Source: Lingula anatina (lineage: Eukaryota > Animalia > Brachiopoda). Taken from it: 64,000 nt of DNA. The position numbers and the translations under genes are program-made. The notes under the pieces were generated by a model. That model searched no databases and was not told the origin of the DNA. It saw only the letters and a program-made list of their open reading frames with translations. Location: positions 11,940,644-12,004,643 of the forward strand of contig CM120643.1 in the NCBI GenBank assembly GCA_051362555.1, read 5' to 3'. Shown here piece by piece: positions 11,501-24,200 of the stretch; within the stretch, counting starts at the first letter, position 1, and every line of letters begins with the position of its first letter.

Positions 11501-14500
11501 CATTCTTTCTCTTGGTGATAGATTTTTCCACTTTACATCCTCTTCCGAGTCCCGGAGTGTTTGCAAATGTGTCTTTTTTCTCCTAAAATAAATGATTTTT
11601 GATTATGCACGTGCCTGCTGATATGTAATAAATTACTCTACTTATCGTAATGATTTCAGATGGCAACACTAAATGCTACTAGGGATGAAAATCCTACCCT
11701 GCCTAGAATATAGCAGCATTTCCCCTCCCCAGATTATTGCTTGTAAAATTCAGTAACTTTCTAAAATCTTTATACAAATCATAAAAAGAAAATTTGTTAA
11801 ATATAGAAGCTCTATTCTTGAAAGTTTCCAATTGTGTCACTTGGGTTCTTAAAATACATTGCCATGGTATTTTTATTTATAATTCGTTAACTTTCCAGAT
11901 ATAATCTTTATCAATTTCACAATCAGCACAATGTTTAGATTGGCAGGCAAATGAATGCAGATAGGGAGATTTCTCTCTCATTCCTTGTATTGTAAACAAA
12001 TCATTCTCAAAAACTTTATACTCACAACAAATTGTCTATTTCTTCAGCTTCCTTCCTGTGACCCTCCTTCTCTTGCATGTCTTTCTTGTGCTTAACCTGT
12101 ATAGTGTTTTTTAATTTCTGAAATAAAGGAAATTACCATATATTTTTTAAATCTTGACATTGGTGAAATAATAGAGTAATCAGAAATGAATACATATTTT
12201 CACATAAATCATCAATTTCAAAGTATGGAAAAAAGACTTAAGTATTAAAAGTGGAGATTGGTTAATAAAAGTTCCTATAAGGAAAACTGTTAAGTTTTTC
12301 CTTAAGTGTGTTTCAATATCAAGAAAAATGAACAAGCTTCAATACCTCTATGTGCCTGTGTACAAATGGGACCTTGGTGAGCTCTGTTGCAGAGGGTCTT
12401 TTTTCTGGTTCTTTAACAAGCATTCTGAAAGACAATTAAAAACATGAAGGTGAAAAGGGACAAAATTAACATGAAAAAATTTACTGCATGACTGTGAAAA
12501 CTTTGAAAACAATTTGCTACTATGACACTTTTTTTCATTGGAGAGATAAGTAACACAGCAAGAAAAATAGCATACATACCGCATTTCTGCCACTGATAAT
12601 ATAATATAATATAATATAATATAATATAATATAATATAATATAATATAATATAATATAATATAATATAATATAATATAATATAATATAATATAATATAAT
12701 ATAATATAATATAATATAATATAATATAATATAATATAATATAATATAATATAATATAATATTTAATGAACAAGACCAACTTACTGTTTAAGAACCCCCT
12801 GTAGCTCCTTGCAGTATTTGTCTGGTAGCTGGGGCGAAGTGCCCTCTACTATCTTATACATCACCCCCATTAAACTTTGCCCCTCAAATGCATGTTGTAA
12901 GGCACATAGTTCATACAAGATACAGCCAATAGACCTGAAAAAGACCATGAATTTACAGCAATACCTTTTTTGTTTCATATAAGACACAGCCAATTAACCT
13001 GACAACTAAATGAGAACACTATACGGCCTTCAGATACAGATGACCAAAAACTGAAATTAAAATGATGGTATAACATTCAATAGTACTGGATTCAGTTAAA
13101 ATTATTTCTATATGCGGCATTTCATTATTAAGCAAGTGTTGCTTATAATTCTGTCATTCTTGCCATACAACTTAACTATAGTTGCTACTTGATGCAGCTC
13201 TAGTTGAGTTATTAGATAATTTATATTTTCATTTTATTGATATTAATACTATTGACATATTGACATTTTGTTTTATTGTAACAGAAGTGCATTTTTAGTT
13301 TAAGGGGGCGTACAGTTGGGCTTAGAAATATCCTTCATGCTCAAGACCTGAAACAAATTAGCTTTCATTTTATGTGGTTTACCATACATCCGACTTTGAG
13401 TTGTAGCCTTCATGTTTCAGCACCTCGGGGCTCATGTAGTACGGAGTTCCTGTGAATGTAGACGCCATGTCAGATGTACCCATGAGAATCCGCGATATAC
13501 CAAAGTCGCCAATCTTTACCATGTTGTTTCTCAAAAATATATTTCTGAAGAAGATAATATTATGGACAAATGCATAAGTAAATCTTGGAACTGTAACTAA
13601 TTCTTACTGTTACAGGCTAAATGAATTTTATAGTTTATATGCTCACTGCATAATTATGGATGAATACATGGAGCCATATTCCTCAGCATATCAAAGGATA
13701 ATAGCAAAATTATAAACAAATAATTAATGCTTTTTTTTTACAAAAAAAAAGGAACATTTTAAATCTTCAGAATTTTGTGAAAAATTTAGGTCTCAGTCTA
13801 TATAAGTTTGATATTGCAAAGTTTTGTTTTCTTTCTTACTAGTAAGTCAAAAGAAGAAGAGCACAACAGGTACTTCCACCTGGTGGAATATAACCGATAA
13901 TTATCTTTACTTATTCATGCAAAAGCTATGTTCTCTTTTCTACAACTATTTCAATAATTTACTTCCAATCAGTACTTATGTATACCATCATATATTCATA
14001 ACTTCAAAACAAAAACTTTTCTATGTACTTTTACTAACTCACCTTGTTTTTAAATCTCTGTGCAGTACCCGTCTAACAAAAAAAGAATAACAACAAACAA
14101 GTATGGGAACAATATTGTAACAGTCTGTTTTAGTGTTTCATTTTGATAGACAGTATTTCAAGTATGACTGATTGTTTGAGTGTTTCCTTAACAAAAGTCT
14201 TAACCAGGCAGCAAAAAATAATCTATCCTCTCATTAGAAATAATAACAACATTTGTGAAAACAAGGATGTGATACACATACCAAAGAAAACCATTAATTT
14301 CCATGACATTTCATAAGCTCTGAATCAAGGGTATAATATCACTTTGTTTTCAAGAACAAGTACAGAATTATTTCTTTAAGAAAAAATAAAATTACCTTGA
14401 GTGCATATATTGCACTGCCAATAAAAGCTGAACAAACCAATCCATTACTAGAATCTCATCCAAAGCTTTACCCTCTTTACGATATTTTATGATTTGATCT

Positions 14501-15594
14501 TCTAAGTCGCCACCCTGCAATGCAATCATATGCATTATAACTAATAAAATGCAACATTTTGCTCAATTGAGAAAATGGCTGCAATACAAAACCATTGCTT
14601 AATTAATATGCAACTCATAAATCCAGTGTTTGACTCCAGGAAAATCAGTAGTAGAAAAAAAAATTCACAAAATACACCTTAAATCAGCCATGCACTATGC
14701 CAATGTCCTCAAGTCAGTATGTTGAAGGGAACCTATCAATATATCTAACAAATGCTTCATATTCAATCACTTCCATCAATATATAACAGATACAAGTGCT
14801 TTCTTACATCACAGTACTCTGTAACAATACAGAAGAATTCCCCGTCCAGAAAGCTGTCATAAAACTTGACAATACTGGGGTGATCAAGCTTGGAGAGCAG
14901 GTTGGCCTCGTGCATGGCGTCCACTGTCTCGTCAGGCTGTAGGTCTCCCACAGGGATTTCCTTCATTACTTTCCTGGAATATATGGAAAAAAAATCTACA
15001 TGAGCACATTTGTTAGCTTTAAATTAGTATTTGTCAGTCCTCTAGATGATACATGCTTGTATGTAGTTTATAACATTGTCAAAATTATTAATTAATTTTA
15101 AAATAAACATGAGGAATATTCCTATCAAACCCAGTTACTAACATGACCTGCTAATTAGGAGAATGATTTTGAAGCAAAATGCAACATTGCTTCCAATTGC
15201 AAGTTATTGCAGTAGCAAGAAACATGCAAGACTCTCCTCTGGTGACACATGTCATGGCATCTCTATAATATGTAGACACAGTGGTGTTTGTACATGAATA
15301 AGCTTGATATACTGTACCACAGTATGTAACTAGTATATATTTATCACACTGGCAGGCATGACGGCCATAAAGCCCCAGATTATATCGTCAAATAGCGAAA
15401 TGGTGCTCCAGCTCTTACCATTGTTCTGGATCTTTAGGATCTTTGCACTTCAGATCTTTCACCAAAAAGGCAGTGCCAAAATTTCCACTCCCAAGTTTTC
15501 TCTCCACCTGATATCGATTGGCAAGAATTCTTTTCTCTTCCTCCTCCTCTTTACTACTGCGGCGTCCTCTTGGAATCTTCTTTGGTAATGGCAT
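8597..15594 (-). CDS. NEK11: NIMA-related serine/threonine kinase NEK11-like, 15 coding exons
   Basis: Exons in transcript order: 15594-15419, 14973-14808, 14514-14396, 14072-14043, 13544-13383, 12934-12785, 12424-12346, 12117-12026, 11582-11454, 11236-11161, 10844-10739, 10409-10230, 9668-9486, 9148-9064, 8801-8597. All are GT-AG and phases join. Motifs: [85 protein letters not shown], and C-terminal [14 protein letters not shown]...DQLLFLE. Confidence 0.92.
8802..9063 (-). other. U12-type (minor spliceosome) GT-AG intron, last intron of NEK11
   Basis: Minus-strand 5' splice site GTATCCTTTT at 9063, branch site TCCTTAAC at 8819-8812 ten nt upstream of the 3' splice site, and no polypyrimidine tract. 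Confidence 0.85.
12597..12761. repeat. (ATATA)n pentanucleotide microsatellite in a NEK11 intron
   Basis: Perfect ATAAT repeat of about 160 bp. Confidence 0.98.
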
Positions 15595-15599
15595 CTTTT

Positions 15600-16210
15600 G
15601 ATTGTTCCGTTAAAAATTAGCTCCTTTAGAAATACTTCCTTCTTGTATTTATAAAATGATTGCATTAAAATGTCCCCCAAATAGAAAGTCTTTAAGCTAA
15701 AAATGAAGTGATTGTCTTAGTCGTGGGAGGGATTCTTAACACCAAAAAGACAACAGGCACTATACAAAGGACGGATACAGAGTTTTTCAACTCTTTTGAT
15801 CACAGTGACATATTTACAGAGTTTGCAGGCTTCGATCCCTGGAGCCTGCAACACTGAACTTGAGTCACGACTCAAGCGGGGAAAGTTCAGTAGCAAAAAA
15901 CAAACCCCGGTTACGTTCCAAGCCCTTAACTATTTCATTTCTTCTGCCATATTTCTGTTTTGCAGGATCTACTCCATCTGAGCCTTCGTTTGGCCACTCT
16001 GGGTAAGTAACGTGACCTTTGTGGCACTTAAATTGTACTCTTGTGAAGAAAATCACAGACGCATGGTCAAGAAAGTTTCCATTCACCTGGACGACTGATA
16101 AACTACGCACGCGCACCTGTTATTTCCGTCTGTGTGTCTTTGACCTAGTTCAATAAACTAGGTCAAACGTGTTGCTAGTCGTGTGTCACTGCCTTCCAGG
16201 TACGTTTTGT
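15600..16210. promoter_or_regulatory. Putative bidirectional promoter region of NEK11 (-) and KDM8 (+)
   Basis: The genes diverge from this region. It is relatively CpG-richer at ~15820-16200, has candidate + strand 5' UTR donors (GGTAAGT ~16002; AGGTACG ~16198), an ETS-like CGGAAAT on - (~16122-16127) and a palindrome at 16139-16167. Confidence 0.5.
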
Positions 16211-16606
16211 AAAACATGTTGACTCAGATAATATATTAAAAAATATAATATGTTAAAAATCAAAATTACACCGGCACAGAGGCACCACGAAATCAATGTG
16301 CAGTGTGCAAGCAGATGAACTTGAAAGTTGATGCGACAATAAAGTTTCCTCAGTTTCAAAATTCAGAGCTTCTTCACCATCCCCAATTGTTAATTCTTTT
16401 AAAATTTAAACCATTGCATTAACACTTGATGCCATTATATAGAAAAGGGGATGTATATGACAGTATGCGAGTATTCATTCCCTGTATCAAAATGATAAGA
16501 TGAAAAAATACTGATTGCATTTATCACCTACTATTTCTTTTTGATTAATACATGTATGCATTGAAAAAAATTCCAGTTATACTAGTACTAGTACATGAAA
16601 AAATAC

Positions 16607-16858
16607 TAGACTAGATTAGAAAAGCACTCCGAGAGTGCAGACCTCCGCCAAGGCAGCGATTTATTTTTATTATTGAATATTGATTGATTATTGATCCGGA
16701 TCACCACCAAAAACTAATCTCTTCCTTGGCCCACTTCTGACAGTTCCTGAAAATTTCATCAAAATCAGTCCATAACTTTTTGAGTTATGTTGATGACAAA
16801 CAAACAAACAAACACGGACAAACAGGACTTAAAACATAACCTCCTTGGCGGAGGTAAC
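16607..16858 (-). mobile_element. Helentron-associated (HINE/DINE-1-like) non-autonomous element, copy 1
   Basis: Subterminal inverted repeats ACCTCCGCCAAGG / CCTTGGCGGAGGT, an internal (GTTT/GTCT)n microsatellite and a terminal hairpin GCACTCTCGGAGTGC. Highly similar to the copies at 41811 and 47331. Confidence 0.8.
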
Positions 16859-16989
16859 AATAATGCAATATGTATGTACAGAGGGTGACATGCCCTTTTT
16901 TACTTTGAACGACATATCTAATTAAACTTAATGGATTTATATGCTCCTTCCCATACTCACCATAGGTATGTGTACCCGTACTGTACTGT

Positions 16990-17190
16990 ACATGTAGATC
17001 GATCAAACAAGGGAGACTTGCTGAGTGCAATGAGTTTAACTGAATGACACACCTCTTCTTGTTTCTAACATACTGGTATAGTCACCAGCTGTTCTCTATT
17101 CTACTCAACACCAGGAGGAAGAGGCATGCCATTCAGTTAGGCTGATTGCACTCAGTGAGAATCCCCGCAGATCAAGTTGGATCCATCTAC
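16990..17190. mobile_element. Palindromic MITE family member (GATCGATC...CCCCGCGGGGACTCTC...GCAATCAGCTTAACTGAA type)
   Basis: Imperfect inverted ends GTAGATCGATC...GATCCATCTAC and TGCAATGAGTTTAACTGAATG / CATTCAGTTAGGCTGATTGCA. Related copies at ~25730-25820, 47000-47263, 51232-51473, 60140-60360 and 63386-63594. Confidence 0.65.
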
Positions 17191-17369
17191 TGGTACAAAG
17201 ACTGATATGGTGTCTATGGGAATTAGCTTTACATTGTATAAGTGACACCAAATAAATCACCAATAAAATGAAATTTCTTAATTCTACTGATCGTTCATTG
17301 GTATTTATGCAACTAATATTTATCATTCTGTAGAAAAAAAAACTTTTTTTTTCTTTTTGACAGTTGACT

Positions 17370-18740
17370 ATGTCCAGCAAAGCAGGGAAATCATTTAAAG
17401 ATGACCACATATTTCACCAACTTCCACCTAGCGTCCAAGATAAGATCCCCAAAGACATCGCCTCATTAGGACTTGGCAACTTAGACACAGATGTTCTTGG
17501 TGAAGCCTACTCGTACAAACTTCAGCAGTGCGCTTTGTTGCTGTACGACGGCAAGACAAGACAGTGTAGTGACTCCAGCAATGCTCTATTAAATATGGCC
17601 TGGGAGATGCTTCATACTGGACATTGGAAAGATGTTGACATTAATTGGAGGCATTCATATACCTACTGCTCTTTATTTAAATGTTTGTGTGAGATATTAA
17701 CACATATTGAAAGTACATGTACAAGGACTGGAGATGGGTTAACAGGATCATATCAGACTGCCATTAATATTTGCGATATGGGATTGTTAATGGGTGCCCC
17801 TGTATTAGATAATATACTTAGACGACTGGCCAGTGCTTTGACTGTATTAGAGTCACATAATGTAGAAAAGATGAACAAAACAGTCACGTGTGAAGAAGCA
17901 AATGTTGATGCCGAGGACAACACAAAAAATCATAAGAAGATGAAACTGTATAAAGAACCTGATATAAGTGAAGAGAACGCCATATTGAGAATAAGCTGCC
18001 CTTCGCTTGAGTATTTCAGTTCACATCACATGGAAACAGAAACTCCTGTGATCGTAACAGATGCCATCGACTATTGGCCAGCTTTCAATGACCACAAGTG
18101 GACACTGGATTACTTGAAAAAAGTAGCCGGTTGCAGAACTGTTCCAGTGGAAATAGGATCAAAATACACAGATGAGTCATGGTCAGAGACTTTGATAACT
18201 TTGCAAAATTTTATAGAAAACTTTATCGAAAACCCCAGTAAAAATTCTCAACAGAATGGTGTAGGGTATTTAGCCCAGCACCAGTTATTCGATCAAATCC
18301 CAGAACTACAGAGGGATATCAGCATTCCAACCTATTGTTGTCTAAGTAACAGTAACCAAGGTGATAGTAACCAGGATGATGAGGAAGAGGATGGGAATGA
18401 GGATGTTGATGTAAATGCCTGGTTTGGACCAGCTGGGACGGTGTCTCCTCTCCACCAGGATCCAAAACATAACCTCCTGGCTCAAGTTGTGGGCCACAAG
18501 TACCTCAAGTTGTACTCAGTGGACGACACCCTGTATTTGTATCCTCATGAAGGAATGCTCAGGAATACGAGTCGGGTCGATGCTGAAAATCCAGATCTGG
18601 AGAATTACCCCCTGGTCAGTCAGGCCACCCCCATGGAATGTGTGCTACACCCAGGGGAAATGTTGTATATCCCTCCTAAGTGTTGGCATTATGTGAGGTC
18701 TCTTACATTGAGCTTCTCTGTTAGTTTTTGGTGGAAATGA
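17370..18740 (+). CDS. KDM8: JmjC-domain protein KDM8/JMJD5 (2-oxoglutarate oxygenase), intronless CDS
   Basis: Single ORF with AWEMLHTGHWKDV, CDMGLLMGAP, RTVPVEIGSKYTDESW, GYLAQHQLFDQIPEL, NAWFGPAGTVSPLHQDPKHN (HxD), WHYVRSL and SFSVSFWW. A strong acceptor (T-rich...GACAG, 17363) lies 6 nt before the ATG at 17370. Confidence 0.96.
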   Translation: MSSKAGKSFKDDHIFHQLPPSVQDKIPKDIASLGLGNLDTDVLGEAYSYKLQQCALLLYDGKTRQCSDSSNALLNMAWEMLHTGHWKDVDINWRHSYTYCSLFKCLCEILTHIESTCTRTGDGLTGSYQTAINICDMGLLMGAPVLDNILRRLASALTVLESHNVEKMNKTVTCEEANVDAEDNTKNHKKMKLYKEPDISEENAILRISCPSLEYFSSHHMETETPVIVTDAIDYWPAFNDHKWTLDYLKKVAGCRTVPVEIGSKYTDESWSETLITLQNFIENFIENPSKNSQQNGVGYLAQHQLFDQIPELQRDISIPTYCCLSNSNQGDSNQDDEEEDGNEDVDVNAWFGPAGTVSPLHQDPKHNLLAQVVGHKYLKLYSVDDTLYLYPHEGMLRNTSRVDAENPDLENYPLVSQATPMECVLHPGEMLYIPPKCWHYVRSLTLSFSVSFWWK

Positions 18741-21082
18741 TTTCAGTTTCTTTTTAAATCTAAGTAATTATTTTTGAGTCACTTTATGATGAAGATTCTG
18801 GAGAATTCCATTTGCAATGGTTAAAACAGAAATTTAGATCTCAAAAATGGGTTTAAAATTTGTAATTTTCTTAACACCTTTGAATACAATTAACTTTGAT
18901 GATTAAGGCTTATTTTTTAATTTTATTATGTTATTGCTATTCTTATTATTCGCTCTGTAAGTGCCTGATGTACATTGTTTGCCTTTAAGGAGTGCCAAAC
19001 TACAATAGACATTTCTAGAGCAGTTGGCAGCACATTTTCAGACAATTTTTATTTTTATAAGACAACAAGAATTTTTTTCTCTTTTTTTTTTTTTTGCGTT
19101 TGGTGTTCTAAAATTTGCTCATTTTCACTTGCAATGTCAAATCTTTTGATAATAAATGGAAACATATATTGAAAGTGTTTCATTAGAGTGATACATAAAA
19201 TAGCAAAGAGGAAAACATTTTCACAGGACATCATAAAATGGTCAATACATTTATTTGACTGAAGACTTAAAAATACATTGCATACAGTAGTAAAACATAT
19301 GCATATTTAAAAACGTGAAAAAGATTCAAACAAATGCTATTTCAACCCTAAATGCATGCATTATATATATTCTGTGATTTCATGGCCTTATTGGAAAGTG
19401 AATATGACACTGTTACTTCCATGAATAAACCGTTGATCATTTTCCATTCCTATTACTGTCACTCAAAATGACCTAACAAGGGTTTAATACCTACTGACCG
19501 CTAACTGAACAATTCCTTTAACACCTACTTGTATACCACTCTTTTAGGTGAATTATAATTGTGAAATCATGATTTCAAATTTCAAAGGGTAAATGTCCAA
19601 GGACTTGCAAGTCCCATGTTGTAAATCATCACTCAATGATCCTGACTTACAAGAACACTACATCAAAGAATAAATCACACACATCACAGATGATACAGAA
19701 ATAGCAGTAGCCCTGACATCAAAAAATGCTACACTCACACATTATCCAACTATCAGCATCAAAGTATTTCTATATACTTCTGATCAGTTGTATGACATGT
19801 TTGACTCGTTTGATCATGTTTCTGGTGACATGAGAATGTAAAAAACTGATTTTGTTGCACAAACCTATAAAATGCATCTTTTGAAAAAAGCAGATCATAC
19901 ATGTCAGAAGTAATTTTTTTTTGGCACAAAAACAAAAGAGAAAAATATGTCATGAAAAAATGACACATACTGTGGTATGTACATATTTGTATAGTTAAAT
20001 GGAAGGTAATACAACAAATTACACAGTTATAAATATTAATAATAATAATAAAACCTGACAAAAAACACATTTGAGAATTTTGTCATTTACCAATTTTGGC
20101 AAACTTGCAAAGCTCATAGATACCATGTACTAGTAATGATATATACGAAGTAAGACTAGAACATACATATCTATTAAATATAACATACAAATACTCTTTT
20201 AAAAAATTTAAAAAAAACCACTGTTCGTCACTAAGTAGAGCACATTGTAATGCTATTCTCCTAAATCATAAAACCTTGCAAACATTAATGACTTCATCAA
20301 TTTCAGTAAGTTGCCAGAGAAATGTGTCAATATCCATGACTAGGGCAGCTTCAGGTGATGAGTTGTATATTCAATGGTTCATAATTTATTACCAGAGCAA
20401 AAAAATTGGCATCTTCAGTGCACCAGATTTTTTTATTATAAAACGTGATGAAGGTGGAGATGCTCTTATGTCCTGAGGGAGTTAAAACCCTTGGTACATG
20501 AAGCCACTGTAAGCTTACTTAAGACTTGAAAACACAGTCTTTTCTACAGTTTACCTGTAACTGGAGACAGAGAAATAGCAGTATAGAGACATATAACATG
20601 AGAAGTTATAAGGCAACAAAGGCTTTCAAATACAGGTTCCAGGGTTGAAATATTATGCTTGCTTTAATTTGATTTTGATGAAAAAAATATATATGTACAC
20701 GTAGCTCACTCTTCTTAACAGTGGTGTTGTTTCCCAGTAAACATCATGCAGTTCTAACGTGATATATTCCTTCATTGTTGAGAACAGATGTTGACGGGAA
20801 CAAGGGATCATCATAGCTTGATGGGTTTAAGGGGTGGACAAGCCAGTAAAAGCCTCCAGTTCAGTCCAAGGGGAATGACAACTAAAATATGTTGAATGAG
20901 ATTATTTCATCTTTCAGACTTCATAACCATAATTGTTGTTACAGATTTGTGAGCATGAACATCCGGCGGGCCATGGAATCGTGATTGGAGTCATTCATAT
21001 GGTGTTAATGTTCGCAACTCTGAGGCTTTAGTTCGCAAGTGGCTAATTTGTTTATAAGACCTGATCTTTTATGTTCCGCACA

Positions 21083-21201
21083 GTATGTTGACCTGATCAG
21101 TCCCAGTATTATATCCCACTACTGTATGTTGACCTGATCAGTCCCAGTATTATATCCCACTACTGTATGTTGACCTGATCAGTCCCAGCATTATATCCCA
21201 C
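21083..21201. repeat. Three tandem copies of a 41-bp unit spanning the stop codon of the CUB-LDLa gene
   Basis: GTATGTTGACCTGATCAGTCCCAG(T/C)ATTATATCCCACTACT repeated about three times. Confidence 0.95.
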
Positions 21202-24200
21202 TTGTCCCGGTGGAGGTGGGTATGGTGCAGGGTAGCCTCCTTGAAAAGATATTAGAAATTAACACCAGTAATAATTGTGACAGAAAGATAGTATGGATAA
21301 GTACTTTTTAGAGTTTATCAACCTTTCAGATTACATAATTTTGAAATCATTAAAAATACTTTTTCATGTAGCATTGTGTTGCTTTTTCTGTATAAAATAC
21401 AAGGTACAGTAGCCTGCTTTTCAGTTTGTTGCTCCATATAATTCATTAGGAATGTTCAAGAATTGATGACTTAAAAAATACCACATAAGATTTTGTAAAA
21501 TTCACAATTTTTCCCTAATGAAAAGATCGAGTCACTACCGTACCTTGAGTTGAAGTACTAGAAGATGCAAATTTTGGTGTAAAAGTTAATTGTACATGTA
21601 CAACTTCTGATTGTGGAATAATTGAAATTATACCAACCTGCTGGTGGCTGGGGTGGATATCCCTGGGATGGATATCCTTGTGGTGGTGGATACCCTTGTG
21701 GAGGTGGATATCCAGGGGGTGGGGGTTGCTGTGGATATCCCTGGGGTGGGGGTTGCTGTGGATATCCTTGGGGTGGGGGTTGCTGTGGATATCCCTGGGG
21801 CGGAGGCACATAGACCCCTGGGGCAGGTGCTAAAAGAAAATTACACATGTTAATTAGACGAATAAACAAACAATATACATCCACATATTATGGTTTTCAA
21901 GCCAATGTCAACATCATGCAGTCCACAACTTGGACATGCTAAATGAGGAACATATAGCAAACAAGAATCTGGTCAAACAAGAAAAGCTCACACTAAAACC
22001 ATACATTTTAGGAAATATTTCTAACATATTTCTATTTAAAGCTTCACTCCATTCAATCAGGTCAAATAAGGTGGGCTACTGCTGTGCTGGCAACTGTTCA
22101 AGCTCTACAAAAAAGTAGTGTGCTGATTCTATTCTTGCCACCATGAATGAGCTTACAACTAAAAAGCTTAGAGACATCTTGCTGTAGCCTGTGGGAAACT
22201 TAAAGGTTTCAGGCATTTCTATGCAAACATGAATCACGTCAAAAACCCAACAAGCACTTTCAGACATGATTTGGGGTTGCAATAAAAAAAGAAGGGGGAA
22301 ATGGCTCACTGGCCTTATAATTATGCTTAAAACCAAGGGGCCGGGGACTGCTTTAGTCAGAAATCTGCTAATGTGAAAGAAAAGGTGGATTTCTGATTTA
22401 AAGCAAAAAAAAAAAAAAAAAAAAAATCATGTCTGATGTTTGCACACTCGCAAATTGCATTGAACATTTGCATTGAACAAACAGCATATCAGAATATTAT
22501 GTGCAGTTATCAGGGCAATCCAATACATGCTTTTCTCATCTATCAGATTTCTTGAAGTGCAGGCAATTAACAGAGAGTAAAATGGATAACAGCCAAATGT
22601 TTTTAACAAATCAATGACAATGGATAAATGAATGAGAGGAGACCAACTTAATAATACTAGAGGATCAGAGAGGCAGTACCACCTCCTGGTTATGTACCAT
22701 CAGCTGAATTGGGCATATAAAGGAGATAACAACACACACAAAACACACCACATACTATTAAGTAAAGCAAAAGTGCCTGTGTACACTATATAAAGCTCAG
22801 GTATAAGACATAAATCATTCATTCATTGTCATTTTCTGTTTAAAACAAGAACACAGAGCTTAGCGTTTTCTGCTGAGTTTACCTGGTGGTTGTTGCCCCC
22901 CATACAGGTGAGGAGGACCCATTAGAGGGTCCATGGTCTCTGGAGCATTGCTGCCTATATACAAGTCAAGCAATAGATTTTAAATAATATGGGCAAATCA
23001 GCCAAATGTCAATTCTAAATATTTTATATTGACAGGGTAGAATATTATTCACAAGACATAAGTCAATCTAAAAAAACATGCCTCACATGCATGCTGCTGA
23101 AATGACAAATAAAGCAAACAGTGGAAGTTGAAAAACATTCAAATACTAATCTAAGTACACATTTCTAATTCTGATTAGTATTTATTACATAGGCCTATCA
23201 AAAACATCAAAAGACAATTTAAAAACAGCAATATCTATAAACACACTTAAATGATGTACATGTACATGCTGATACACAAGTATTGACCAGCAATAGTAAA
23301 ACAACAAACCACAAAAGTCCTTCAGTGATAAAAATGAGTAACAAAATACAATTAAAGGAATTTGCAAGACACATAGTCAAGTATACAATGAGCCCCATGC
23401 CCAGCTGTCCCACACACCCACAAACACATTGACAAATTGAAGTATGAACTAAAAGAAACAGTCATGACATGAAAGTTCATTTTTTTTTAAACATTTAAAA
23501 TGTTTAAAATATTAAATTTTTTAAAGTTCTTCAGGTTGGTTTAAATCTGCCAACCTGCCTCTAGTCAATTTCCCCTTCCTTCAATGTTTCTTTATTCATA
23601 AAAGTGTGTTGGTTGGACAAGATATACGTAGAACAGGCAGAGCATGTGTGAAAAGAGGCATACTAGCTAACCTCGGGTTAAATAATTAATCTTAAGGGTG
23701 GATACATTGCTGAATGCATCCAACAGTTGAACACAGTGAATCAACAGAGTGGTTCAATTGTATTGTTGATTGTGGGTCCAAAGTTGAAATCTTTCATCCA
23801 CTGAGAAAACTGAAACCTGCTGTTTGCTTACACTCTTGATACATGTATGAGCCTCCTTTCTAAGATATTGTACTGGCTTGGTTATAATCATCAGTATCTA
23901 CACTGTATGTCATTCAAGTTCAATTATTTCAGACTAATGTGAACAGCCCTAGTTTAAGTTCTATTGGTGGGGGGGGGGGGGGGGGTGCAGTTCAAATCAT
24001 AATAATTATTACTTTTCTTATTATTTATTTATTTTTCTTTTTGCACTGTAAGACAAGCCAGTAACTTACCCAAGGGTGTATTGACAGTGATGGGGAGATT
24101 TTAGTCCAAATAATATTTTGGCATTCTGAGCGATACCATATCACATACCTAAGGGTGTGTTAACAGTGACATGTGTGTGTCCTCTTCTCGCCATGCGACG

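Noticed and set aside
12348-12779. 143-aa ORF with YYIIL repeats
   Set aside because: Translation of the (ATATA)n microsatellite in a NEK11 intron.
21515-21853. Overlapping ORFs with GGGCCGYPW or HSNPHPRDI repeats
   Set aside because: Alternative frames and the antisense strand of the proline-rich exon 21829-21638.
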